A stretch of DNA of 33,264 nucleotides from a bacterium (GCA_050239825.1 JBFXGO010000026.1:1-33264); one strand, 5' to 3'. Counted from the first letter of the stretch, positions 10,386 to 21,851 are shown. Notes: generated from the sequence alone by a model not told the origin. Numbers and translations: made by a program.

Positions 10386-11387
10386 ATGTTTAACGGTAAA
10401 AATATGAAGGGGATAATACTATCAGGATTCAGGCCCACTGGAAGGGCGCACATAGGAAATCTTATTGGCGCTCTTGAAAATTGGGTAAGATTGCAGGATG
10501 AATACACCTGCTATTTTATGATTGCCGACTGGCACCATCTCACCACAGGGTATGATTCCACGGAAGATATACAGACAAACATAATTGAGATGGCCGCTGA
10601 CTGGCTTGCCGCCGGACTTGACCCTGATAAATCGACAATATTCATTCAATCCGGGATAAAGGAACATGCTGAGCTTCACCTTTTATTTTCAATGATAACG
10701 CCTATTTCTTGGCTTGAAAGGAATCCTACATTAAAAGAGCAGGTGAGGGATCTCAACATCAGCGACAACATGAATTACGGACTTCTCGGCTACCCTGTTC
10801 TTCAGGCCGCAGATATTCTCTGCTACAAGGCGACAGCAGTGCCTGTCGGAGAGGATCAACTCCCGCATGTGGAGCTGGCGCGAGAGATAGCCCGCAGGTT
10901 CAATTCACTCTATGGAGAGGTCTTTCCGGAGCCCAAATCTCTTTTGACGCAATTTCCGAGAGTTCCCGGAATAGACGGAATGAAGATGTCAAAATCTTTG
11001 AATAATGCAATTTATATAGCTGATTCTGAAGAAGAAATTGTAAAGAAGGTAAAGACATGTATTACGGATACAGCCAAGGTTTACAAGAACGACCCGGGCC
11101 ACCCTAATGTCTGCAATGTCTTTCAGTATCACAGAATATTCAACAACAACGAGGCAAACGACATAAAACAGGAATGCGAGGCGGGCGCTTTGGGGTGCGT
11201 TGACTGCAAGAAGAAGGCCGCCTCAAAAATAAACGAGTATGTTCGGCCGATAAGAGAAAAGAGGAATGACCTGATGAAGAGACCTGATTACATATACGAT
11301 GTTCTGAGTAAGGGTGGTGAAAAGGCAAAAGAGAGAGCCGAAGCAACCCTCAACGAAACACGCAAATCAATGAATTTAATAAAATAA
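10386..11387 (+). CDS. trpS: Tryptophan--tRNA ligase (start may be ATG 10404)
   Basis: SGFRPTG, HIGN, YPVLQAADIL, VPVGEDQ, KMSKS. Confidence 0.97.
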   Translation: MFNGKNMKGIILSGFRPTGRAHIGNLIGALENWVRLQDEYTCYFMIADWHHLTTGYDSTEDIQTNIIEMAADWLAAGLDPDKSTIFIQSGIKEHAELHLLFSMITPISWLERNPTLKEQVRDLNISDNMNYGLLGYPVLQAADILCYKATAVPVGEDQLPHVELAREIARRFNSLYGEVFPEPKSLLTQFPRVPGIDGMKMSKSLNNAIYIADSEEEIVKKVKTCITDTAKVYKNDPGHPNVCNVFQYHRIFNNNEANDIKQECEAGALGCVDCKKKAASKINEYVRPIREKRNDLMKRPDYIYDVLSKGGEKAKERAEATLNETRKSMNLIK

Positions 11388-11399
11388 ACAGGAGGTTCT

Positions 11400-12539
11400 A
11401 TGATAAAACTTCACTATAACTTCAAGGACTTGTTCAGGAGCACCCGTCTTGGTTTGTCAATCAAGAAGATGTTCGTGATGCTCTGCTCACTCCTTGCGGG
11501 AGTCTTTGCCTATGCTGTGTTTACTTACATTGCATACATGGTGAATGGCTCTTCGTTCTCTCTCATTTGGTCAACATACAAATTCATCCCGGTGCCTGTC
11601 TTCGGCTATACTGCATTGACATGGTACTCATGGATAATATGGGGAATAGGAGCGGTTCTTTTCTTCATAGCATTCATATTCGGGCAGACAGCAGTCGCCA
11701 AAATTACATTTGAACAGCTGAAGGGAAATGAGTTTTATGAAATGAAGGAGTCTGTTAAGTACGCCTTTAAATACTGGAAATCTGCATTTCTTGCGCCAGT
11801 CACTCTTGTAATACTCATCTGCCTGATGTTTCTCGGCGCATTTTTATTCGGCCTCATAGGGCGCATACCTTACTTCGGCCCCTTATTCATACTGCTTCTT
11901 GTAGTGCCGATAATTTTCGGGGCCCTCTTCACAGTCTATCTTATGATTGTGTTGTTTGTATCTTTGTTCATCTCTCCTGTGGTTACAGGCACATCCAAAT
12001 CGGATACTTTTGATACACTCTTTGAAATATTCTCTCTTGTGTGGGACCATCCATGGCGTCTCGTGATATGGGGCGGCCTTATCGGGGGTCTCAGCTCGAT
12101 AGGATTCATTGTCTTTTCAGCCATTGTCAAATACACTCTTGAAATAACAAGGTGGGCGCTCTCTGTATGGAACAACGGCACATGGCTTTCAATATGGTCA
12201 AACGGCTTCTATTTTCTGCCGCCGGTTCCCGCATACACAATAAGCGAAAAAATAGTCGGATATGTTGCGCCTTTTATGCTTTCAATGCATAATTTCACGC
12301 AGGGCAACTGGGCTGTGACTTTGACATCGTTTATTATGGGAATTATTTTCTACATAATCGGATTCACAGTCATCTCATATTTCATTACATCATGGACAGC
12401 CGGGCTTACAATACTCTACATCAACCTTGTTAAAATGAAGGATGATGTCAACCTTCTTGAAGAAAAAGAAGAAGAGTTTGATGAAATAGAAGAGACGAGT
12501 GAAACTTCTGAAGAAAAAAAAGAAGAAGAGAAAAAATAG
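11400..12539 (+). CDS. Polytopic membrane protein of unknown function with acidic tail
   Basis: Several long hydrophobic segments; SD AGGAGG; Glu-rich C-terminus. Confidence 0.8.
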   Translation: MIKLHYNFKDLFRSTRLGLSIKKMFVMLCSLLAGVFAYAVFTYIAYMVNGSSFSLIWSTYKFIPVPVFGYTALTWYSWIIWGIGAVLFFIAFIFGQTAVAKITFEQLKGNEFYEMKESVKYAFKYWKSAFLAPVTLVILICLMFLGAFLFGLIGRIPYFGPLFILLLVVPIIFGALFTVYLMIVLFVSLFISPVVTGTSKSDTFDTLFEIFSLVWDHPWRLVIWGGLIGGLSSIGFIVFSAIVKYTLEITRWALSVWNNGTWLSIWSNGFYFLPPVPAYTISEKIVGYVAPFMLSMHNFTQGNWAVTLTSFIMGIIFYIIGFTVISYFITSWTAGLTILYINLVKMKDDVNLLEEKEEEFDEIEETSETSEEKKEEEKK

Positions 12540-12548
12540 TTCAAACAG

Positions 12549-12573
12549 AGGAGGGGGCATAAAGCCCCCTCCT
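12549..12573. terminator. GC-rich intergenic hairpin (weak terminator or stabilising stem)
   Basis: AGGAGGGGGC-ATAAA-GCCCCCTCCT, 10-bp stem, no real U-tract. Confidence 0.55.
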
Positions 12574-12588
12574 TGAAATGAGGTGTGT

Positions 12589-13284
12589 ATGGGAATTTTG
12601 CTTGCCGCTATCATTCTGGGAGGGTTGGCCTTTGGAGGATGGGCTTTCTACATGAACAAGCTCAATGAAACATTCTCTGTACCCGAATCATTCAAAATAA
12701 ACACCAAACCGACAATGCCGGCAGGAATGACGACTTCATTCTTTGTAAAGAAAAGCAAGGAATTCTCTGACAAAAAGTATGAAAAACTCGGAGATTTCAC
12801 TATTGACGGTTTCCCTTATCCGAACTATCAGCAGGGTTTTTTCGATGCTCAAAACAATGTTTATATAGTCACAACTCAGTATATCCCCAATCCCCTGCAG
12901 AAATTTATGGGGCTTACTGAGACGCCCTTTATCTCAATCTACTCTGTTTTCAACAACGGCTCCGACATGGAGACCACAACAAGAACAGTTAATGATAAGG
13001 AGAGCAAACCTGATTACAGAAAGGTGTTCAATATGAGCGACATACCAATTGAACTTATGGTAAACAAACACCGCGAACATCTTGATAAGGTCGAGATATC
13101 GGGAATCAAAGAGGTAAAGCTAAGCAAAGAGGATTTCTTCAAGCATATTGAGAGGGGCCTCAGAATCGATATGGGTCATAAATCGACGCACGGAAACCTC
13201 GTCAAAATGGACGTTGAAGAGATAGTAAAGAAACTCGGCTTGAAGCTTGTTCTGGTACACGACGAAGAAAACAAAGAAGGATAA
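12589..13284 (+). CDS. Hypothetical protein with N-terminal membrane anchor
   Basis: Long ORF; GAGG upstream of ATG 12589; N-terminal TM helix. Confidence 0.72.
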   Translation: MGILLAAIILGGLAFGGWAFYMNKLNETFSVPESFKINTKPTMPAGMTTSFFVKKSKEFSDKKYEKLGDFTIDGFPYPNYQQGFFDAQNNVYIVTTQYIPNPLQKFMGLTETPFISIYSVFNNGSDMETTTRTVNDKESKPDYRKVFNMSDIPIELMVNKHREHLDKVEISGIKEVKLSKEDFFKHIERGLRIDMGHKSTHGNLVKMDVEEIVKKLGLKLVLVHDEENKEG

Positions 13285-13551
13285 TGGCTCTCTTGTCAAG
13301 ACACAAGATTTTGATAAATTGTGTTTACTGTTAAGCTGTTTGAACATTCGTAATACCTCCATAAACTTCAGATGGAGTTTTGTATTTTATGATTGAGACC
13401 CTCTTTTATATTTTTTAATATCAACCTCACTTATTGCCTCCAGTGCCACCCGCGCCTTGAATCCTGATTCGTGTCTCTTAGAGTCCATTTCTGCCTCCTT
13501 TTTTAACACATTCTATCATTAAATCGTGTCCTATTTCAAGAGGCCATTATA
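13281..13551 (-). mobile_element. IS3-family remnant (left end plus first ~19 codons of OrfA)
   Basis: Minus strand TATAATGGCCTCTTGAAATAGGACAC (13551-13526) resembles an IS3 IR; SD plus ATG 13488 gives MDSKRHESGFKARVALEAI then degenerates (stop at 13387); similar ATAATGGCTCTCTTGTCAAGACAC at 13281-13304. Confidence 0.65.
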
Positions 13552-13660
13552 ATGCGGGAGGGTACCCCCTGTATATTGAAAAACCATCATTCATAGTGTA
13601 TTATTTACACTATATGAGGACACTATCGCTGAAAAACTCGGTAATAGAACTTCAATCATA

Positions 13661-13688
13661 TTGACTTGCATGCGGTAAGTGTTATGAT
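13661..13688 (+). promoter_or_regulatory. Sigma70-type promoter
   Basis: TTGACT-N16-TATGAT with extended TG, followed by SD AGGAGG. Confidence 0.6.
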
Positions 13689-13708
13689 TTTAGTATTAGG
13701 AGGTGAAA

Positions 13709-14467
13709 ATGAAACGAGAGAGAATAACTTTATATTTCTTATCACTTATAATAATGCTTTCATTTACACTCTTTTCAAATTGTGCTGTGTATTATTTTTC
13801 AGCGAAGACTCTTGAACCTAAGAAATTCGAAATAGGTGTTGGCACAGATGCCGGATTTCAGAAGAACTATTTAAATAGTGCAGGTGCTGACTCAACTATA
13901 GAAGATTTATGGTATCCTCCGCTTCATTTCTACGGAAAAATCGGTCTGCCTCAAGATTACAATCTCTCTTTTAGTATGAGAACTATTCTTATATTAACAG
14001 GATTATCTGCCGGAGTATCAAAACGAATAGTGCAGACTCAAGATAAATGCAAAGAACTTGCTATAGAGGCAGGAGTGTTCGTTTTACCGGATTTTGGAAG
14101 TCAATCAGTAACTGTTGTGGATGATTCAATAATTGAATACGGAGGACTATTCAATTACTTGGGTTTTTATGAATGGGGTGTATATTCATCATTAAATCTT
14201 TATCAATCGATGAAATTTGGAGGATATTCACTTAAATTAATTCTGGAATACCAATACATTGAACCAACAGTTGCTTCTGATTTTATGGTGAGCCCTATTT
14301 ATGACAGATTAACTATGATTTTTTTATCGACCTTTGAATTAAAAACATGGAAGAATATCCATATAATGCCTTATGCCTCTGTTCTGGCTGGGATTGATGT
14401 GTATCAAATCAATGATTTCTATTTAGGAGGGCAGGCAGGCCTTACAATATTTTTCAGATCCAATTAA
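13709..14467 (+). CDS. Hypothetical lipoprotein / outer-membrane beta-rich protein
   Basis: Signal peptide ending LFSNC; amphipathic beta pattern; aromatic C-terminus; AT-rich; SD favours ATG 13709. Confidence 0.7.
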   Translation: MKRERITLYFLSLIIMLSFTLFSNCAVYYFSAKTLEPKKFEIGVGTDAGFQKNYLNSAGADSTIEDLWYPPLHFYGKIGLPQDYNLSFSMRTILILTGLSAGVSKRIVQTQDKCKELAIEAGVFVLPDFGSQSVTVVDDSIIEYGGLFNYLGFYEWGVYSSLNLYQSMKFGGYSLKLILEYQYIEPTVASDFMVSPIYDRLTMIFLSTFELKTWKNIHIMPYASVLAGIDVYQINDFYLGGQAGLTIFFRSN

Positions 14468-14541
14468 TAAATTTTGATTTCTCAACTGATTCCATATTTT
14501 ATTTTTTACAGATTATGTTATAATGTTTAAAAGGAGTATTG

Positions 14542-15003
14542 ATGACAAAGAAAGAGATTTTCGATACAGTTCTTTCAGAAATAAGAGAAAGAATTATAGA
14601 TGAGAGTGAAATGAATTCAGCTCTTCAGTTTATATGCGACACTCTTAGAGAGAGAGTTGACCATTATGACTGGGTTGGATTCTATCTTGTCGAGGGAGAG
14701 AATGAACTTGTTCTCGGTCCCTATGCCGGAGAGCCGACAGTCCACACGAGAATAAAATTCGGAAGCGGAATATGCGGACAGGCGGCGCAGACAAAAAGAA
14801 TCTTCGTCGTTCAGGATGTCTCAAAGGAGTTGAATTATCTCTCCTGCTCGCCGACAGTCAAATCGGAGATTGTTCTTCCGATAATGAAATCCGGAACAAT
14901 TGTGGGGGAGCTTGACATTGATTCTCACAAAATAGGACCGTTTACGGATGATGATAAGGAATTTCTCGTGCGAGTCTGCTCCATGGTGGGAAAATACTTT
15001 TAA
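14542..15003 (+). CDS. GAF domain protein, free methionine-R-sulfoxide reductase (MsrC/YebR)-like
   Basis: WVGFYL, LGPYAG, GICG, YLSCS..KSEIVLP, LDIDS. Confidence 0.85.
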   Translation: MTKKEIFDTVLSEIRERIIDESEMNSALQFICDTLRERVDHYDWVGFYLVEGENELVLGPYAGEPTVHTRIKFGSGICGQAAQTKRIFVVQDVSKELNYLSCSPTVKSEIVLPIMKSGTIVGELDIDSHKIGPFTDDDKEFLVRVCSMVGKYF

Positions 15004-15584
15004 TAAACGACAATCGAGTCAAGTAGAAGAAATACCGAATCCTTCATGATTCCCACAATTCCTTCTTCATGAGTGGCTATGAATTTGTTTGAGAATGAAG
15101 TATCCCCCTCAAAAGTCGAAAGATTAATTGATGTCGTTATAAAATAGGCATTTTCGAAGATTCTTTCTTTATATTTCAAATCGGCAAGAGAGTCCACAAT
15201 ACAAACAAAACTGTATGAGTAAAGGTTTCCCTCATAATCTTTGTGCTCTTTCATTCCTTCAATCAGAATCTGGCTTAAGAATGGAATTACGACAATTGTT
15301 TTGTCATAATCAATTCTCTCATATACATACTGTTCGGTATAAAGAAACCGCCTTAATGTAAAATCAAAGTAAACCTCTTTAAAGAACTGATTATCAATGA
15401 GAGTATCATTTTTGGTCTGCAGAACTGTCTCATCGGCATTGGATGAATAGAATCTGGCGGAATATTCAGGAAGGGAGAATCCCGTCACATCCCCTCCTAT
15501 TCTGTCAACTACTTCAAAGTCGGCCGCACAGCCGCTAAAAAGCAAAGCCGACAGAAATGCCAATACCAGCATAGCTTTTGCCAT
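15000..15584 (-). CDS. Hypothetical lipoprotein
   Basis: MAKAMLVLAFLSALLFSGC lipobox; ATG 15584 with AGAGG upstream. Confidence 0.7.
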   Translation of the reverse strand: MAKAMLVLAFLSALLFSGCAADFEVVDRIGGDVTGFSLPEYSARFYSSNADETVLQTKNDTLIDNQFFKEVYFDFTLRRFLYTEQYVYERIDYDKTIVVIPFLSQILIEGMKEHKDYEGNLYSYSFVCIVDSLADLKYKERIFENAYFITTSINLSTFEGDTSFSNKFIATHEEGIVGIMKDSVFLLLDSIVVY

Positions 15585-16050
15585 CAATAAACCTCTCTGA
15601 TAGATATTTAGTATAAAGTGATATATAACTCTTTTCCGCCGCCATGTATGAAATATCAAGTTTAAGCGCATAGAATTCATTCAATCCGGTCTCCTGGGCT
15701 TCATCATACTTTCTTTCTATTATGGATAGGCCGACTGACGGACTCATTGACATTGAAAGCTTTCCATTCTGAAAAAACGAATATGAGATGCCTGCCGGTA
15801 TATGCATTATGTTTACATGATAGAGGTCCGCCGTTGTTCTGTACGATAAAATATCTGCCCCGCTGAATATTTTCAGCTTGGGTATTATATCCCTTGAATA
15901 TATTATTCCAAAAGAGTTTCCCGTTTTAAGTTCGCTTGACCAGTCGCCAAGAGGTATCCCCGTCTCCATCATAACTTCAATTGCGTCAGAAGAGGCATTC
16001 ATAGAGAGAACCGCCAGCAATGAAATTAAAATGATTTTGAAAAATAAAGA
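15535..16050 (-). CDS. Small outer-membrane beta-barrel-like protein; start codon uncertain
   Basis: Signal-like KIILISLLAVLSMNASS, beta-strand pattern, C-terminal GISVGFAF; frame stays open through the upstream tRNA. Confidence 0.6.
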   Translation of the reverse strand, partial: SLFFKIILISLLAVLSMNASSDAIEVMMETGIPLGDWSSELKTGNSFGIIYSRDIIPKLKIFSGADILSYRTTADLYHVNIMHIPAGISYSFFQNGKLSMSMSPSVGLSIIERKYDEAQETGLNEFYALKLDISYMAAEKSYISLYTKYLSERFIDGKSYAGIGISVGFAF

Positions 16051-16051
16051 A

Positions 16052-16125
16052 TGGGCGAAACAGGATTCGAACCTGTGATCTCCTGCGTGTAAGGCAGGCG
16101 CTTTCACCAGCTGAGCTATTCGCCC
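16052..16125 (-). tRNA. trnV: tRNA-Val(TAC), CCA not encoded
   Basis: Acceptor stem GGGCGAA/TTCGCCC; D-arm AGCTCAGCTGGTGAAAGCG; anticodon arm CCTGC-CTTACAC-GCAGG; T-loop TTCGAAT. Confidence 0.97.
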
Positions 16126-16135
16126 GAGGATGTGT

Positions 16136-16164
16136 ATTATATTAAACTTTTCGCATTTAGTCAA
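16136..16164 (-). promoter_or_regulatory. Sigma70 promoter for tRNA-Val
   Basis: TTGACT-N17-TATAAT ending 10 nt before the tRNA. Confidence 0.8.
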
Positions 16165-16168
16165 CAGT

Positions 16169-17482
16169 TCACCTCGCATCCGTATAACCCTCTTTTGCCT
16201 TTTCGAGGGTTTTGTCTATTATTGCCTCTATTCTGTATGTTCCCATAGTCGGAGCGCGCATGAATCCGTCCCAGGCCGCCTGCGCATATCTTCCGCTGTC
16301 AAGAACATAGTAGAGCCAATCCTCAGTGTAAATAGGATTGTCCTGAGTAAAACCTGATGCAATATGCCGTATCCAATTGTCATTAAAGTGTTCATGAGCG
16401 CCTACTGGCGGAGCAATAATAATCGGAAGGCCGAGAGCTGTGTAAAATGTCAGCTCTGACGGCTTTGTCCAGAGTATGTCCGTATTGTGCAGTTCTTCAT
16501 TGAACATCCTGAAATACTCGGTCTTTGTCTTTGCGTAAATAATTTTCAGACAGCCTCCGCAATCCTTGTCAAGCCCCATCTCATTTATCTTCTTCTCAAA
16601 AAAGTCTTTTACGCTCTCTCTTATTCCTGCGACAAGATTGACTTTTACTTCGCCTTCAAGGATTCTTTTTTTGAGAGACTTTACCACATCCACTCCAATA
16701 TCGGACTGGGCGCCTGCTCCGCCCACCATGAAGCATATTGTGAGAGGCCTATCAACACTGTCAGGGATGCTCCCAAGATTCTCTTCGAGAACGCTTCTGT
16801 ACACTTTGAGAAACTTGCCCTTAGGGTCAAGTTTTCTAATTCTTCCCGCAAGATCCCTCTTTAAAATCTTCTGGTCAAGTCCTCCTATATTCTCCTTAGG
16901 AAGCGGGAATCCCGTTATATATATTCTTTCAGGCGGAACTCCGTATTTTAAGAGTCTCATCGTGGCATGCCTGCTTGGGGATAAAAAAGTTATGTTGGAT
17001 TTTGTCGGGTTGTCGCTCACCCACACGCGGTTTATGTCCGTATCCGTTATCACAGAGTATATATTCTTGAATCCATTGTAATCAGCCGCAAGGGAGGGCA
17101 TAAAATGCGTAGTGATAATCGGCAGATCCTCTTTCGATACATGGTCGAGGATGCCTTTGCACAATCCCGATTTTATAAAGTTTTTCGCTGAAGTGACATT
17201 TCCATTCGGTCTCTCATCTACATTGAAAGGATAAAACGGAGCTATATCCTGAAGTTTGTCGTACATTCCGAATATGGCATTGCCTATAAAAGGAATGGAT
17301 TTCATCCTTGACACTGTTTCATAACCCGATTGAGTGAGTCTCCAAAGAATTCTTTCCTTGTCGGAGACTGTATAATCTGAATTCGCTGTCAAAACTCCTT
17401 CATCCGAAAGTCCGTTCAACGGATATGCGGCTCTCTGGTGTCCGTAACCCATATCAACCGACAGAACCCAGGCTTTTGACAT
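16169..17482 (-). CDS. GT-B fold glycosyltransferase-like protein (MGDG synthase/UgtP-like)
   Basis: MGYGHQRAA, ITTHF, VITD, ITGFPL, VGGAG, WTKP. Confidence 0.75.
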   Translation of the reverse strand: MSKAWVLSVDMGYGHQRAAYPLNGLSDEGVLTANSDYTVSDKERILWRLTQSGYETVSRMKSIPFIGNAIFGMYDKLQDIAPFYPFNVDERPNGNVTSAKNFIKSGLCKGILDHVSKEDLPIITTHFMPSLAADYNGFKNIYSVITDTDINRVWVSDNPTKSNITFLSPSRHATMRLLKYGVPPERIYITGFPLPKENIGGLDQKILKRDLAGRIRKLDPKGKFLKVYRSVLEENLGSIPDSVDRPLTICFMVGGAGAQSDIGVDVVKSLKKRILEGEVKVNLVAGIRESVKDFFEKKINEMGLDKDCGGCLKIIYAKTKTEYFRMFNEELHNTDILWTKPSELTFYTALGLPIIIAPPVGAHEHFNDNWIRHIASGFTQDNPIYTEDWLYYVLDSGRYAQAAWDGFMRAPTMGTYRIEAIIDKTLEKAKEGYTDAR

Positions 17483-17483
17483 A

Positions 17484-19054
<1,571 letters not shown>

Positions 19055-20473
19055 CTATTTTAACATTTCTTTCAAAAGTTTATTGATAACCGCCGGACTG
19101 ACGCTTCCTTTTGCTTTTTTCATGCAGAAGCCCACAATGACTCCGAAGAGCTTTGCCTCTCCGTTTTTATACCTCTCAACCTCTTTCGGATTTTCGGCAA
19201 TAATCTCAGCAATTATTTTTTTCGCCTCTTCATCGTCATTCGTCTGCCTGAGATTCAGCTCATCTATAATTTTAGCGCACTTTCCTCCGCCCTTGGACAT
19301 CCTGTCAAGTATTATCTGGGCTGAATTGAGGTTGACGCTCTCCCTCTCTATTTCAATAAAAAGCTCGTTCAGGTCATCCGCGGTGAATTTCAATCCCTCA
19401 GTATTTATATTGTTCTCATTTAATAGAGCCGGAATCTCCCTTATGAAGAAGTTTATCACTCTCTTCTTCTGATTTATGTTTTTCATTGATTTTTCAAAAA
19501 AATCAGCAAGTGATTTTTCCGAAACAAGAGTTTCACTCTCTTCTCTACTAACATTATATTCTTTCATGAATCTCTCTCTCTTGCTTTCGGGAAGCTCTCC
19601 TATGGTCTCTTTCATTTCAGACACGAATTTCTCTTCAAGCACAAGGTCTGGAAGGTCGGGCTCGATGAAGTATCTGTACTCGGAGGCGGATTCTTTTTTC
19701 CTCATCGGTACAGCCTCCTGCCTCTTCTCATTGTACAGCATCGTTTCAGAGGTGACCTCGCCTCCGCCTATTACTATCCTCGACTGTCTCTCAATTTCAT
19801 AATTAATGCCCTTCTCAATCGCTTTAAGAGAGTTAAGATTTTTTATCTCCGTCTTGGTTCCCAGATTGTCTTCTCTGTTCTTCCTTACAGAAATATTCGG
19901 CTCTCCTCTAAGTTCGCCCCTCTCCATATTGGCATCTGAGACTCCGGTATATCTTAGAATCTCCCTTATTCTCTCCATATACTCCACAGCTTCGTCTGCA
20001 GATTCAAAATCAGGCTCCGTGACTATTTCTATGAGGGGAACTCCCGCTCTGTTGAAATCAATAAGAGTGTCCTCGTCCTGATCATGAATCATTTTACCCG
20101 TGTCTTCTTCAATATGAAGCCTTCTTATCCTTATCCTTCTGTTGTTTGAAAGCAGAATGTGCCCTCTCTCGGCAATTGGCTTTTTAAACTGCGTTATCTG
20201 ATATCCCTTCGGAAGGTCAGGATAGAAGTAATTCTTTCTTGCAAATCCGCTTTTTAAATTAATCTCGCAATTCAAAGCGAGTCCCGCTCTTACCGCCTGT
20301 TTTATGACTTCAAAGTTAATTGACGGCATCACTCCGGGAAAACCCATGCACACAGGACAGATGTTGGTATTGGGTCTCTCCGTGAATTCAACTGCGCACC
20401 TGCAGAATATTTTGCTTTTGCTCTTAACCTGCGCATGAACTTCCAGCCCTATCGTTGGAATTAGATTATTCAT
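19055..20473 (-). CDS. gatB: Asp/Glu-tRNA amidotransferase subunit B
   Basis: IGLEVHAQ, RKNYFYPDLPKGYQI, HIEEDTGK, EIVTEPD; start MNNLIPTIG overlaps gatA stop. Confidence 0.97.
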   Translation of the reverse strand: MNNLIPTIGLEVHAQVKSKSKIFCRCAVEFTERPNTNICPVCMGFPGVMPSINFEVIKQAVRAGLALNCEINLKSGFARKNYFYPDLPKGYQITQFKKPIAERGHILLSNNRRIRIRRLHIEEDTGKMIHDQDEDTLIDFNRAGVPLIEIVTEPDFESADEAVEYMERIREILRYTGVSDANMERGELRGEPNISVRKNREDNLGTKTEIKNLNSLKAIEKGINYEIERQSRIVIGGGEVTSETMLYNEKRQEAVPMRKKESASEYRYFIEPDLPDLVLEEKFVSEMKETIGELPESKRERFMKEYNVSREESETLVSEKSLADFFEKSMKNINQKKRVINFFIREIPALLNENNINTEGLKFTADDLNELFIEIERESVNLNSAQIILDRMSKGGGKCAKIIDELNLRQTNDDEEAKKIIAEIIAENPKEVERYKNGEAKLFGVIVGFCMKKAKGSVSPAVINKLLKEMLK

Positions 20474-21851
20474 TGTCACTCCATATTTTCTCTGCTTCCA
20501 CGGCAAATTCAAGCAGATTGTCGTCATCGTGCCTTCTGCCTATGAGTTGAATGCCACATGGAAGATCATTTACATACCCTCCGTTGATGCTTATAGCAGG
20601 AACATTAGCAAGATTTGCAAATGCGGTGAGAGAGTCGGACAAATGCATCTGAAGCGGACTTTTGGTCTTCTCGTTGAATCTGAAGGGAAGGGTAAGGGAT
20701 GTCGGTAGAACAATTGCATCAACATCCTCAAAGAGTCTGTCTATCCTATTCGCAATGTAATCTCTGAGCTTAAAAGACAATTCATAGTATTCCCCCTCTT
20801 TGTGCGTCAGAAAGTAGGTTCCTATAAGAACTCTCCTCTTTACTTCATTGCCGAATCCCTCGCCTCTGACCGCCGAATAGATTGCGCGCAGATTCTTCCC
20901 CTCTCTCGGCTGAAGCCCATATTTTATTCCGTCAAATCTCGCGAGATTGGATGATGTCTCGCACATTGTCTGTATCTGGTATGTTGAAATTGAAATATCT
21001 ATGAAATCCATTTTGACTTCAACAGTTTCAAATGTCTCTTTCAGCATTCCCAGTCTATCTTCATATATTTTTTTCACAGAGCTGTCAATGTGGGGTATGT
21101 TTTTGATATATCCGACTTTTTTATATTTTTTTCTCTCCATGGTTTTATCTTCTATAGTCGAATCTCTGCCGTCTTCCCCCCTTATAGTTTCAAAAGTTAT
21201 TTTCGAATCATTTACATTTTCGGAGACAATGCCCATTGTATCGAGAGATGACGAAAATGCCGTAAGCCCGTATCTGGATACAGCTCCGTAGGTGGGCTTG
21301 AATCCCACGCTCCCGCAGAAAGAGGCAGGTTGTCTTATCGAACCGCCCGTGTCAGACCCTATTGAAATGCATGCATGCTCTGAAGAGACAGAGGCGGCGC
21401 ATCCGCCGCTTGAACCTCCGGGAACATACTCCTTGTTTTTCGGATTTTTGACGGGTCCGAAGTATGATGTTTCATTGGAGGATCCCATTGCGAATTCATC
21501 CATATTTGTCTTGCCCACTATTATTCCGCCCTTCTTCATTATTCTCTCAACCGCTGTGGCGCTGTAAGGGGATATGAAGTCGGAGAGGATTCTCGATGCG
21601 CATGTCATCCTTATGTTTTCCACTGCAATATTATCCTTTACCGAGAAGAATACTCCGTCGATTTCAGAGAGAGGCTTCTTCTCTTCGTACCTCTTCTTTG
21701 ATTTATATGCCTCTTCATAGGCGATATTTTTGGTGAGAGTTATATAATCGTTGAGGTCATCCTTCTCTATCCTGCTGTAGATGCTGTCAAGGAGAGTGAC
21801 CGGCGTCTCCTCTGAAGATTTATATTTCTTTGTTATTTCCGACGATTTCAC
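20466..21851 (-). CDS. gatA: Asp/Glu-tRNA amidotransferase subunit A
   Basis: KDNI, GKTNMDEFAMGSS, GGSSGG, GSDTGGSIRQPAS. Confidence 0.97.
   Translation of the reverse strand: MKSSEITKKYKSSEETPVTLLDSIYSRIEKDDLNDYITLTKNIAYEEAYKSKKRYEEKKPLSEIDGVFFSVKDNIAVENIRMTCASRILSDFISPYSATAVERIMKKGGIIVGKTNMDEFAMGSSNETSYFGPVKNPKNKEYVPGGSSGGCAASVSSEHACISIGSDTGGSIRQPASFCGSVGFKPTYGAVSRYGLTAFSSSLDTMGIVSENVNDSKITFETIRGEDGRDSTIEDKTMERKKYKKVGYIKNIPHIDSSVKKIYEDRLGMLKETFETVEVKMDFIDISISTYQIQTMCETSSNLARFDGIKYGLQPREGKNLRAIYSAVRGEGFGNEVKRRVLIGTYFLTHKEGEYYELSFKLRDYIANRIDRLFEDVDAIVLPTSLTLPFRFNEKTKSPLQMHLSDSLTAFANLANVPAISINGGYVNDLPCGIQLIGRRHDDDNLLEFAVEAEKIWSDNE

Noticed and set aside
13120..13362. 80-aa minus-strand ORF
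   Set aside because: Mostly antisense to the 12589-13284 gene; no recognisable motif
20474..20527. Longer gatB start given in the ORF track (likewise 15680 and 29793 starts)
   Set aside because: The extensions overlap neighbouring genes or promoters; family N-termini and SD positions favour the downstream ATGs
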